A DNA stretch of 64,000 nucleotides. It comes from Oceanispirochaeta sp. (GTDB taxonomy: Bacteria; Spirochaetota; Spirochaetia; DSM-2461). The stretch is from contig CAXXXD010000004.1 of the NCBI GenBank assembly GCA_963663385.2, positions 544,001 to 608,000 of the forward strand, in the 5' to 3' direction. A program made the translations under genes and the position numbers. The notes beneath the pieces were generated by a model. It saw only the letters and a program-made list of their open reading frames with translations, had not been told where the DNA came from and did not search any database. Below are positions 39,633-48,869 of the stretch, piece by piece; positions within the stretch are counted from its first letter, which is position 1, and the number at the start of each line of letters is the position of its first letter.

Positions 39633-40595
39633 ATGAACCGATACCGGATTGTAATTACTGATAACCTCTTTGATGAGTGCGCTGTGGAGGAGGAAATCTT
39701 TTCCGAAGACCGTTTTATCCTGGAGTCCTACAGGCATCTTACTCAGGAAGAGCTTAAGGATGTTGCCCGGGAGGCGGATGCCCTCCTTGTTAATATGGCT
39801 AAAATAGACAGGCCTCTGATCGAATCTCTGGAAAAGTGCCGGATTATCTCCCGCTACGGGATCGGCTATGACAATGTGGATGTGAAAGCCGCGGCAGAGA
39901 AGGGAATCCCTGTGGGGATTGTTCCGGATTACTGCCATACCGAAGTGGCGGAACATGCCGCCGCCCTCCTGCTCAGCGCCGCCCGCCGTGTTCCGCAGAG
40001 GCATGGACTTGTACGCAAAGGTCATTGGCGGGATTCTCCGGGACATACCATTCATCGGATAAAGGGATCAACTCTGGGGATTTTCGGATACGGCCATACA
40101 GGAAAGGCTTTCCACAAGCAGGTTTCGGGGTTTGGATTTGACCGGGTATTAATCTGTTCACGGAATCTGACGCCCGGAACAGCACTGGAAAATGGCGCTC
40201 AGGCCGTCTCTCTGGAAACACTCTTATGTGAATCGGATTACCTCTCCCTTCATATTCCCCTGAATGATAATACCAGGCAGATCCTGAATGAGAAAAAACT
40301 CATGTCCATGAAATCCGGCAGTGTTCTGATTAATACGGCCCGCGGGGGAGTCCTCTGTGAAAAAGGGCTTTACAACGCTTTGACCAGGGGACCTCTCCGG
40401 GCGGCGGCTCTGGATGTCTTTGACAGGGAACCGCCGGATCCGGACAACCCCCTTCTGACCCTGGATAATGTGGTTCTAACCGATCACGAGGCCTATTTCA
40501 GCGAACAGTCGGTTCTGGATTTGAAGCGTAAAACCGCAATGAATGCCTATTCGATGCTGACGACAGGAAAGGCGGTTTATTCAGTTCCTGTCTGA
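39633..40595 (+). CDS. D-isomer-specific 2-hydroxyacid dehydrogenase (CtBP-like)
   Basis: RYGIGYDNVD, VPDYC..EVAEH, GIFGYG, LHIPL, INTARG, LDVF..EP. Confidence 0.88.
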   Translation: MNRYRIVITDNLFDECAVEEEIFSEDRFILESYRHLTQEELKDVAREADALLVNMAKIDRPLIESLEKCRIISRYGIGYDNVDVKAAAEKGIPVGIVPDYCHTEVAEHAAALLLSAARRVPQRHGLVRKGHWRDSPGHTIHRIKGSTLGIFGYGHTGKAFHKQVSGFGFDRVLICSRNLTPGTALENGAQAVSLETLLCESDYLSLHIPLNDNTRQILNEKKLMSMKSGSVLINTARGGVLCEKGLYNALTRGPLRAAALDVFDREPPDPDNPLLTLDNVVLTDHEAYFSEQSVLDLKRKTAMNAYSMLTTGKAVYSVPV

Positions 40596-40597
40596 AA

Positions 40598-41290
40598 TCA
40601 ACCCGGAATATAGAGGATGGATACATCCTCTCCCGAGGCGGTCCGGGTCTTCTGAAAGTTAAGCGGGTCAGTCAGCGGTTCTCCGTCTATCAGAAAATAA
40701 TAGCCGTAGCGGCCCGGTTTGATAGGAAGTGTTACAGAATAAATCCCCGGTTGTTCTTCTTTCAGGCTTGTCATATAGGGATCCCATCGATTGAAATCAC
40801 CGGCCAGGTAAACCTGTTTACCCGGGGTGGAACGGATATGGAATTTTACTCTTGAATTGTCCATAAAAATGGGACTCAGTTTCCCGGATCGATCCGGAGC
40901 GTCAATCTCCAATTGAGACAGACGCAGCCCGTTCCGGTCCATTACTACCAGAGGGTTATTGGGATCCACCTCCCAGATCCCGTCCACAACCAATCTGTAG
41001 TTCATGATCTCTTGTGTTGGAACAGGTAGTATCAGAAAGTATATTCCGTGGTTATTTACCATGAATGTATGGATCTGCTGGTAGTCCTCGATGGACAGGG
41101 CCGCTCCGACATATCGGACCGGTTTATCCGGTTTATAGGTAAGGATAAGGTAATCCCGCCAGAACTCCGGAGCGGAGGCTTTTTCCAGGCCTGTTATTTT
41201 CAGGTGAAGTTGAACATCGTTTACTTCAAATGCCGCTAAAGTCAGTGAGGATAATAGTATGACTGATAGAATGAGAACGTTTTTTTTCAT
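40598..41290 (-). CDS. Exported protein with two glycogen-binding (CBM48/AMPK-beta-like) domains
   Basis: Signal peptide; YRLVVDGIWEVDPNN and VYLAGDFNRWD..GRYGYYFLIDG...DPLN. Confidence 0.78.
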   Translation of the reverse strand: MKKNVLILSVILLSSLTLAAFEVNDVQLHLKITGLEKASAPEFWRDYLILTYKPDKPVRYVGAALSIEDYQQIHTFMVNNHGIYFLILPVPTQEIMNYRLVVDGIWEVDPNNPLVVMDRNGLRLSQLEIDAPDRSGKLSPIFMDNSRVKFHIRSTPGKQVYLAGDFNRWDPYMTSLKEEQPGIYSVTLPIKPGRYGYYFLIDGEPLTDPLNFQKTRTASGEDVSILYIPG

Positions 41291-41404
41291 ATTATGTTCC
41301 TGTATTCCTATTTTCGGAATTCCCGGGGGGTAAGTTGATAGGCGAGGGAAAAAACTTTTGCTATCTTGTATTTCTGCCGAAAATTAGATGAAGATGAGAG
41401 AAAT

Positions 41405-44400
41405 ATGCCGACCCGAGAAGATATAGAGAGCTTTAAAAGTATTATTAACCAATGGGGGGATGAACCTGCGGTCCTTGCCGAAATGGGCGAGGAGATTGAG
41501 GATGTCACCCCTCCCGAACAATCTCTTGAAGAGTCCCTGGGAATGGACCAGTACGAAGGGGCAGATCTTTCTCTGGATGAGTTGCTGGGGCAATCCGGCT
41601 TTGAAGACGAGACACCCGAAAATGCAGAACCTCCCTCTGTTCCAGATGAGACAGAAGCTTCGTTCGATATGGATATGATGGCCGGTCTGGATGAGCTGTC
41701 AGATCTTGGCGGTGATAAAGAAAGCGTTTTTTCCGATGATCTTGGAGGCCTGGATGATCTTGGAGGCCCGGATGATCTTGGAGGTCCGGACCTGAGTGAG
41801 GCATCGGAAATCGGAGCCGGAGAAGAAGAAAGCCTTCTGGATGAGCTGGGGGAATTGGGCGGCCTGGATGATTTCGGTATATCAGAAGACAGGGAAGAAA
41901 CGGCTGATTCCGGTAATGAAGATGAAAGCAGTCTTCTTGATGATCTTGGGGATCTGGATGCTCTTGCATCTGCTGATGATCTGGAGGATTTTGGCGGACT
42001 GGGCGATCTGACTGCCACAGATGATCTTGGGGATCTTGGCGGGCCGGATGATCAGGGCAGCATCGAAGAACCGGAAAGCCTGGAAGACTTCGGGACAGAC
42101 GAGGATTTCGGCAGTCTGGATGAACTGGAAGATCTTGATAATCTGGACGAGTTGTCCGGTCCCGAGGATCTGGAAGGTTTCGGAGATCTTGAGATTTCCG
42201 GTTATGCGGAAGAACCGGAAGAAATCGAGGAGCTGACAGATCTGGACTCCGGTTCCGAAGAGATTGAAGAGCCCGAAGAGATAGATCTGAGCGATCTGGA
42301 GAGTCCCGCCGAAGGTATAGAACCGGGAGAGGAGATAGATCTGACGTCTCCCGAAGAAGAGATTCCCGAACTGGATGAACTGGATGAACTGTCCCTGGAC
42401 GGAGACAGTGAAGATGGGGGAATGCAGTTTTCTCTGGGAGATTTCGGCGAAGAATTCAACTTTCAGGAAGGCATCAATTTTGATGACGATATGGAAGCGT
42501 CCCTGGATAGTCTGGATACCCTGGATGACACCTTCCTTATGGAAGACCAGGAAGATCTGGAAACAGAAGAGGAAGAAGTCTTTCAGATATCCGAAGATGA
42601 TATGGAATCCGTTCAGGACACCCTCCGGATTCTTCCCCTTAATCTTAAACTGGCCATTCAGGATGCCCTGTCACAGGCTGACCTTACAAGCGAACGCTAT
42701 CAGAAACTGATTGAACTGCTCATCAGCGGAGGTTCTCCCCGCCAGATATCAGCTGAGTTCTTTAATATAAGCGGTAAGAAAATAGAGCTCCCCAAGGGAT
42801 ATCAGCGTCAGAGCGGAAGGGACTTCGAAGAGAAGAAAACCGGTTTCGTTTACCAGTTTCAGGAAAAAGGATGGCCCCTGGTCCGTCTTGTATCCCTTAT
42901 TCTGATTGCTCTTGGTTTTACAGTTTTTCTGACTTTTCAATTCCTTTACAGGCCTCTTCAGGCAATGGTCTATTATAATCAGGGTCTGGAGAAAATAGAG
43001 GAATTCGAGTTTGATGAAGCGGAAGATCTGTTTCGGAAGGCCTATTTCGGCTGGTCTATCGGAAAGCTTCTGGATATTGAGGGGTGGCCCTTAAAAAAGC
43101 GTTTTATTGATTATGCCGAAGCCTATGAAGAACAGAGGGAGTATGATCATGCCCAGGCCATGTATGAAGGTCTGATAGGGGAGTATGGCGAATACCTCAA
43201 GGGGTATCTGGCTTATGGTCGGTTTCTGACCGATGTCCTTGGAAACTATGAAAAGTCCTCGGAGATCCTTTCCATGGGATTGGATCAGGATATGTTCAAT
43301 TATGATCTCATGCTGGCTTCGGGTGATAACTACATGCGCTGGGCAGAAGAGGATCCTGCCAGACTGGAAGACGCCCGTTATCAGTATGCCAGCGTTATGG
43401 CCCGTTACAGGAACAGAGATGATGTTGTCCTGAGGATGCTGCGATACTTTATCGTACGCAGGGATGAACAGAATATCCGCATGCTGGGGAATATCTTCAG
43501 TACAAAGTCCTCCATCAAGGCCGATCCCTATTTTTCTTCGGAAACAATGGCCATGCTGGGCGGGTATTTTATCGATACGGGTGATGTTTCAGAGGCCAAG
43601 GATTTTCTCTTTCAGGCGGAAAAAATCAATAAAACAGTTCCGGAAGTACATTATCAGTTATCCCGTTATTTCAATAGAACCTATAATATGAATCAGGAAA
43701 AATCGGCGCTTCAGAAAGCAATGTACTATATGGATCAGAAGACTCTCCTTACGGGTTCGCAGATTTTTATGAAGATTGGAATTCACAGGAGACGGGGGGA
43801 AATCCATTTTCTTGAAGGTGATTATGATCTGGCGGAAAATGAATACACCGCAGGGATTCAGCTGCTGGAAAACGGTCAGGTCCGCGGCCTGATCGGGACC
43901 CGTTCCGAGGTTGGAGAGCTGTATGCGGATATGGGGAACCTTCATTATGATATACATGATGATCTGGGCGGTGCGCTGGAGTATTTTAAGAAGGCGGAAA
44001 AAAATCAGTTCTCAAGCGGCGACATCTCCTATAAAAAAGGGTATATCTATTATGATCAGAAAGCCTATGATTACGCTGTTCCGGAGTTTGAAAAATCCAT
44101 TGAAACAATGGTGGAGAAGAGGAATTCCCGTTATGCCCTGGCAAACACCATGGTAAAGCGGCAGAATCTCTTCGGGGCGCGGAATCTCTATAATGAACTG
44201 CTCCGTGAATTGAAACTGGAAGAGAGCAATTTACCCTATCTGGTTCCCGAAGAGATAATTGAACATCGGTCTCTGGTAAACTATTTTATTCTTGTCTATA
44301 ACAATCTGGGTTATGTGGAGTACCAGCTCTCGCAGAGAAGCCGGGATCCGGGCAGGCAGAGCCAGGCCCTGGTCTATCTGGCCAAAGCGGCGGATTACGC

Positions 44401-44563
44401 GGACCGTCTGGACCGGAATCCGGAAACGGGGATCCGTTCCCGTCCGGAAGACAGCCAGGTATTCCTCAATACCATGGCTCTGCTCAAACCACAGCCTCAG
44501 ACCGACGTATATATGCTGGATGATATCCCCCGGACGGCGGATAAGCTGATGGTGACCTGGTAG
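41405..44563 (+). CDS. flcA: Periplasmic-flagellum collar protein FlcA-like (acidic N-terminus, one TM, TPR C-terminus)
   Basis: MPTREDIESFK..WGDEP N-terminus, long D/E-rich tract, LPLNLKLAI, single TM near residue 500, TPR-like repeats. Confidence 0.72.
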   Translation: MPTREDIESFKSIINQWGDEPAVLAEMGEEIEDVTPPEQSLEESLGMDQYEGADLSLDELLGQSGFEDETPENAEPPSVPDETEASFDMDMMAGLDELSDLGGDKESVFSDDLGGLDDLGGPDDLGGPDLSEASEIGAGEEESLLDELGELGGLDDFGISEDREETADSGNEDESSLLDDLGDLDALASADDLEDFGGLGDLTATDDLGDLGGPDDQGSIEEPESLEDFGTDEDFGSLDELEDLDNLDELSGPEDLEGFGDLEISGYAEEPEEIEELTDLDSGSEEIEEPEEIDLSDLESPAEGIEPGEEIDLTSPEEEIPELDELDELSLDGDSEDGGMQFSLGDFGEEFNFQEGINFDDDMEASLDSLDTLDDTFLMEDQEDLETEEEEVFQISEDDMESVQDTLRILPLNLKLAIQDALSQADLTSERYQKLIELLISGGSPRQISAEFFNISGKKIELPKGYQRQSGRDFEEKKTGFVYQFQEKGWPLVRLVSLILIALGFTVFLTFQFLYRPLQAMVYYNQGLEKIEEFEFDEAEDLFRKAYFGWSIGKLLDIEGWPLKKRFIDYAEAYEEQREYDHAQAMYEGLIGEYGEYLKGYLAYGRFLTDVLGNYEKSSEILSMGLDQDMFNYDLMLASGDNYMRWAEEDPARLEDARYQYASVMARYRNRDDVVLRMLRYFIVRRDEQNIRMLGNIFSTKSSIKADPYFSSETMAMLGGYFIDTGDVSEAKDFLFQAEKINKTVPEVHYQLSRYFNRTYNMNQEKSALQKAMYYMDQKTLLTGSQIFMKIGIHRRRGEIHFLEGDYDLAENEYTAGIQLLENGQVRGLIGTRSEVGELYADMGNLHYDIHDDLGGALEYFKKAEKNQFSSGDISYKKGYIYYDQKAYDYAVPEFEKSIETMVEKRNSRYALANTMVKRQNLFGARNLYNELLRELKLEESNLPYLVPEEIIEHRSLVNYFILVYNNLGYVEYQLSQRSRDPGRQSQALVYLAKAADYADRLDRNPETGIRSRPEDSQVFLNTMALLKPQPQTDVYMLDDIPRTADKLMVTW
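41735..41788 (+). repeat. In-frame 18-bp tandem repeat x3 (DDLGG[L/P])
   Basis: gatgatcttggaggcctg / gatgatcttggaggcccg / gatgatcttggaggtccg. Confidence 0.8.
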
Positions 44564-44578
44564 GGGTCCGGAAATCCT

Positions 44579-44606
44579 GAAAAAAGGGGCGGTTTAAAAC
44601 CACCCC
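44579..44606 (-). terminator. Rho-independent terminator downstream of ilvE (possibly bidirectional)
   Basis: Minus strand GGGGTGGTTT..AAACCGCCCC followed by a T run. Confidence 0.7.
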
Positions 44607-44647
44607 CTGTAATCGTCAGAATAAAACAGTATTATTACGGACAATTT

Positions 44648-45733
44648 CTAGGCTTTGACGGGAACCATCCAGTTGTAACGGTCTTCCAGAACGCCGTACT
44701 GAATTCCCTTCAGCTCATGGAGAAGGTTTAAGGTAAGTTCCCGGGGTGTGCCGTCTCCGAATTCCCTTCTTTTACCCTGATGGGTCAGGGAGGTAATCGG
44801 TGTAATGCCTGCTGCTGTCCCGGTTACAAAGCATTCTCCGCCGTTATCCAGAACTTCCTGAATGGACAGTTTTCTCTCTTCCACTTTAACGCCCTTGTCA
44901 CGGGCAAGCTGAATCACGCTTTTCCGGGTAATCCCGGGGAGAATGGTATCACCCAGGTCGGGGGTGACCAGTGTGCCGTCTTTGAGCTGGCAGAAGAAGT
45001 TGCAGGAAGATCCCTCTTCGATATACCTGCTCTCTTTTGCATCGAGAAAAATAGCTTCCATGTAACCTTCATCCCCGGCTTTCTTCTTTGCCAGAGCGGG
45101 GATAACGTAGTTGGCATCACATTTGATCCAGCCTGTTCCATTGGGCGTTGCGCGAATCATATCGGTTGTTACCGCATCAAAGTTTTCCGCCGAGAAATAG
45201 GCTGATACGGGGGTTGTCACAACAATAAGCCAGGGATTCCGGGAAAGGCCGACCCCGATACCGGGTTCGGACCAGGTAAAGGGCCGGATATAGACTGCCC
45301 CGGCTGAAAGAAAGTTCTCCTTTTCCCATTCAGGGTCGTAATTGATGGTAAAACCCAGTTCCGCATTCCGGGCGGGAACCCCCAGGATGGCGTCGATACA
45401 CAGCTTTTCATCCACGCCGGGCATATGGAGCCCCTCCATGGACCTTGCCATCCTTTTGGCATTTTCATCCGGACGGAAAACCTTCAGGCCTCCGTTTTTC
45501 TGGGGAAAGGCTTTTACTCCTTCGAAGCAGCCCATCCCGTATTGACTTGTATAGTTTACCAGAGGAAGATCGGGGAAAGAATTTCTCCTGTTCATCAGCG
45601 CAGTGTGTTCTTCTTCGCTCAGTCTGTTCTCTTCTTCAGGAGTCAGATGCTCCTGCTCAATAAAATCGCCTGTCCAGGATGATTCGTATTTCCCTACGTA
45701 GACCCATGGAAAGATAGACAGCTTGAAAGCCAT
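44648..45733 (-). CDS. ilvE: Branched-chain amino acid aminotransferase (class IV)
   Basis: QYGMGCFEGVKAF, FRPDEN, YIRPF, KCDANY, EEGSSCN, ILPGITR, GTAAGITP. Confidence 0.92.
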   Translation of the reverse strand: MAFKLSIFPWVYVGKYESSWTGDFIEQEHLTPEEENRLSEEEHTALMNRRNSFPDLPLVNYTSQYGMGCFEGVKAFPQKNGGLKVFRPDENAKRMARSMEGLHMPGVDEKLCIDAILGVPARNAELGFTINYDPEWEKENFLSAGAVYIRPFTWSEPGIGVGLSRNPWLIVVTTPVSAYFSAENFDAVTTDMIRATPNGTGWIKCDANYVIPALAKKKAGDEGYMEAIFLDAKESRYIEEGSSCNFFCQLKDGTLVTPDLGDTILPGITRKSVIQLARDKGVKVEERKLSIQEVLDNGGECFVTGTAAGITPITSLTHQGKRREFGDGTPRELTLNLLHELKGIQYGVLEDRYNWMVPVKA

Positions 45734-45847
45734 AATCGTCTCCTCTGTACAAATATTCAATAATTAACCATATTATAATAGAAACCAGTATTAATCGACC
45801 ATTACCGGGGAAATAGTCCGGTTACAATAGGCAAAAAAGGGGAGTTT

Positions 45848-46912
45848 ATGGTAGATCATGTTGTTATTATGGCCGGAGGAGCAGGGAAGCGTTTATGGCC
45901 GGCCTCTCACGAGAGAAGACCGAAACAGTTTATGACTGTCCAGGGGAAATATTCCCTCTTCTGTTCTACCGTAAACAGGGCCGCCGCTTTGAATATCTCA
46001 GGTAAAATTGTTGTTGTCACCCATAAGGACCATATTGCGGCGGCAGTGGAAGATGCTGCCCGGCTGCCGGAGGGCATCCGGGAAAAACTGGTACTCCTGG
46101 CTGAACCGGAAGCCCGGAATACGGCCCCGGCTCTGGCCTTCGCCGCCTCCTGGCTTAAAGAACAGGGGGCTCGTTCCGATTCTTCAGTGCTGGTTCTGGC
46201 GGCGGATCATCTTATTCAGGATATAAAAGGATTTACAGCAGATGTGGAATCCGCTTCGCAGCTGGCAGCCAGGGGCTTTCTGGTTGTATACGGGATTCAA
46301 CCGGACTCCCCTTCTACTGGATATGGATATATTGAGGCGGGAGCGGAAGAGGCTCCCGGATACAGGGTCCTTTCTTTTAAGGAGAAACCGGATCTGAAAC
46401 GGGCGGAAGAGTTCCTTTCCGCAGGAAACTACTTCTGGAACTCCGGTATGTTTACCTACCGGCTGGATGTATTTGCCGGGGAGCTGAAGAAGGGGACTCC
46501 CGCCATGATCACTCCTTTTGAATCCGGTTTCCATTCACCGGTTGTCCGCGAAGATAATAAGATCTCTATTGTGGAGCCTGATAAGGATTTGAGTCTCCTG
46601 TATGCCACCCTTCCCAAAGATTCCATCGATTATGCCCTGATGGAAAAAAGCGGTAAAATCGCCATGGTTAAAGCCGGGTTCGACTGGAATGATGTGGGCA
46701 GCTGGGATGTTATTGCCGATCTGGCTCCTGAACCGGGAAAGGCTGTATTTGAAACAGGCGGCTGCGGGAACTTCGTCTACGGGGATATCCCCGTTGCCTT
46801 CTGCGGCGTGGATGATCTGATTGTTGTAATGGAGAAGGGGAAGCTTCTAATCTGTAAAAAAGGCGAATCCCAGCTGGTCCGGGAAGCCGCCGAGTTTTTT
46901 ACAAAGAAGTGA
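45848..46912 (+). CDS. manC: Mannose-1-phosphate guanylyltransferase (no C-terminal isomerase domain)
   Basis: IMAGGAGKRLWPAS..PKQF, EPEARNTAPA, FKEKP, WNSGMF, SIDYALMEK, WNDVGSW. Confidence 0.9.
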   Translation: MVDHVVIMAGGAGKRLWPASHERRPKQFMTVQGKYSLFCSTVNRAAALNISGKIVVVTHKDHIAAAVEDAARLPEGIREKLVLLAEPEARNTAPALAFAASWLKEQGARSDSSVLVLAADHLIQDIKGFTADVESASQLAARGFLVVYGIQPDSPSTGYGYIEAGAEEAPGYRVLSFKEKPDLKRAEEFLSAGNYFWNSGMFTYRLDVFAGELKKGTPAMITPFESGFHSPVVREDNKISIVEPDKDLSLLYATLPKDSIDYALMEKSGKIAMVKAGFDWNDVGSWDVIADLAPEPGKAVFETGGCGNFVYGDIPVAFCGVDDLIVVMEKGKLLICKKGESQLVREAAEFFTKK

Positions 46913-46922
46913 AAAGGCCGAT

Positions 46923-48803
46923 TTAACTCCTCCGGCGTTTTGTCAGAAGAACCACCGACCGCATCTCTTCCGGGGTGCGGGCTTTCATCCACTGATCATG
47001 GAACTCGGGATCCTGAAGGATCTGGGCAATGGACATAAGGGCTTTCAGATGGAAATTCCTCTCATCCTTCGTTCCCACCAGGCAGAAAGCCGTATAGACA
47101 ATATCGCCTGCTTCATTCCAGACAATACCGTGCTTATTCCGTACAAGAACAATATCGAAGGTATGTTCCCCTTCCAGAATAATATGGGGTATGGCATGGG
47201 GAACGGCTACGCCCGGATAGATAAGGGTTGAGGCCTGTTCCTCCCGGAGCTGCAGTTTCTCTTCCACTTTTTTCACATCTATGTTCCATCGACTGCCGAT
47301 GACGGTGGCTGCTTCGTGAAAAAACTCTTCCCGGCTGACTTTCCGGTCCATATCCATTATGGGGGACCGGCTTATAATGGTGTCGAACCGGTCCTCCTTT
47401 ATCTGGTCCCGCTCCCGGAGAATTGTAATCAGCTCCGCTTCCAGTCTGGCTTCATCCTCCACGATTTCCTTGTTTGTCAGGTCTTCCATCATATGGATAA
47501 AAGCAGATTTCTGGGAGTTTTCGGACCGGACATAGATGAAGTACCAGACAACAGACAGCAGAAAGAAAGCGCCTGTGAGAATCAGGGAAAGACGGCCCAT
47601 CTTCAGGATCAGGATGATATAAACAATTGCTCCTGCTATCTGCAGATAAGGGTAGAAGGGGGATTTAAAAGACGGACGGTATGAGACAATTTTACTTTGT
47701 CTCATAAGGATAACGGATATATTGACCATGGTAAACATAATAAGTTTCATGGTGGATGCCACTTTCACAAGGTCCTCAATCTCCAGAAAAGTGATACAGC
47801 TGATCATAAAGGCAGATGTCAGGAGAATGGACAGTACCGGAGTCTGATATTTTTTACTTACCTTCCCGATAAACGGAGGCAGAAGATTGTCCCTGGCCAT
47901 GGCCATGGGGCTTCTTGATGCGGCCATCAGACCGGCATTGGCTGTTGTGATAAAGGCCATCATGGCCGCCAGGGAGAGTATCACATAACCCGGACGGCCC
48001 AGAAATGTTTCCGCGGCGCTGGAGAGGGGAGTCAGGGTATCCTGCATTGCTTTCGACTGGAGTACTCCGATTGTCACAAAAATCGAAAGGAAGTAGAGAA
48101 GGGATACGACAAAGTAGGCAGAGAACATACCAACCGGGATGGCCCTTTTGGGGTTCTTGATCTCCTCCGCCATAGAGGCCACTTTGGTCAGTCCACCATA
48201 GGATATGAATATCATACCGGTTACCAGAATAATGCTGTGCATATTGCCTTTGGCAAAGGGCTGGAAATGGTGGACATCCACATGGGGGATTCCCAGTATG
48301 ACGAATCCTCCCAGTATGGTCAGAAGGATGGCAACCATGAAAAACTGAACCCTGCCGCTCTCCTTGACACTCACCAGATTCATAACTGTAAATACAAGAG
48401 TGCATCCTATCGCTATGATTTTAACCATATCGGGAGAATAAAACGGTATCAGCGGTTCCAGAAATACACCGATTCCCACCAGAGCAAAAGCACTCTTCAG
48501 AGAGAGGGAAAACCAGGAGGCGAAACCTGTAAATGTTCCGAACAGGGCGCCCAGACTGCGATTGATATAGAAATAGATCCCACCCGATTTGGGCATGGCC
48601 GTGGCCAGTTCCGCTTTGGAAAACATGGACGGAATAATGAAAAGAGATGCCAGAAAATAGGCTATAAGGATGGCCGGTCCGGCCTTTAAAAAAACAACGG
48701 CAGGCAGGACGAAAAGTCCCGAGCTGATCATGGCTCCCGATGCAATAGCGAACACTTCTTTCGTTCCCAGGGACCGGTGTAATCCGTTTTCGGCTGAACA
48801 CAT
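46923..48803 (-). CDS. APC-family amino acid permease fused to a C-terminal PTS EIIA domain
   Basis: GAMISSGLF, AELATAMPKSGG, EEIKNPKR; C-terminal REEQAST..GVAVPHAIPH..HLKALMSIAQ. Confidence 0.87.
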   Translation of the reverse strand: MCSAENGLHRSLGTKEVFAIASGAMISSGLFVLPAVVFLKAGPAILIAYFLASLFIIPSMFSKAELATAMPKSGGIYFYINRSLGALFGTFTGFASWFSLSLKSAFALVGIGVFLEPLIPFYSPDMVKIIAIGCTLVFTVMNLVSVKESGRVQFFMVAILLTILGGFVILGIPHVDVHHFQPFAKGNMHSIILVTGMIFISYGGLTKVASMAEEIKNPKRAIPVGMFSAYFVVSLLYFLSIFVTIGVLQSKAMQDTLTPLSSAAETFLGRPGYVILSLAAMMAFITTANAGLMAASRSPMAMARDNLLPPFIGKVSKKYQTPVLSILLTSAFMISCITFLEIEDLVKVASTMKLIMFTMVNISVILMRQSKIVSYRPSFKSPFYPYLQIAGAIVYIILILKMGRLSLILTGAFFLLSVVWYFIYVRSENSQKSAFIHMMEDLTNKEIVEDEARLEAELITILRERDQIKEDRFDTIISRSPIMDMDRKVSREEFFHEAATVIGSRWNIDVKKVEEKLQLREEQASTLIYPGVAVPHAIPHIILEGEHTFDIVLVRNKHGIVWNEAGDIVYTAFCLVGTKDERNFHLKALMSIAQILQDPEFHDQWMKARTPEEMRSVVLLTKRRRS

Positions 48804-48869
48804 AGGCTGAAACTCCTTTTCTCTCGGATACACCAATAATTATATACGATTTGGGGATTTTTCCTATTA

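Noticed and set aside
41308..42018. Ser/Pro-rich minus-strand ORF
   Set aside because: Antisense reading of the acidic low-complexity tract of the FlcA-like gene.
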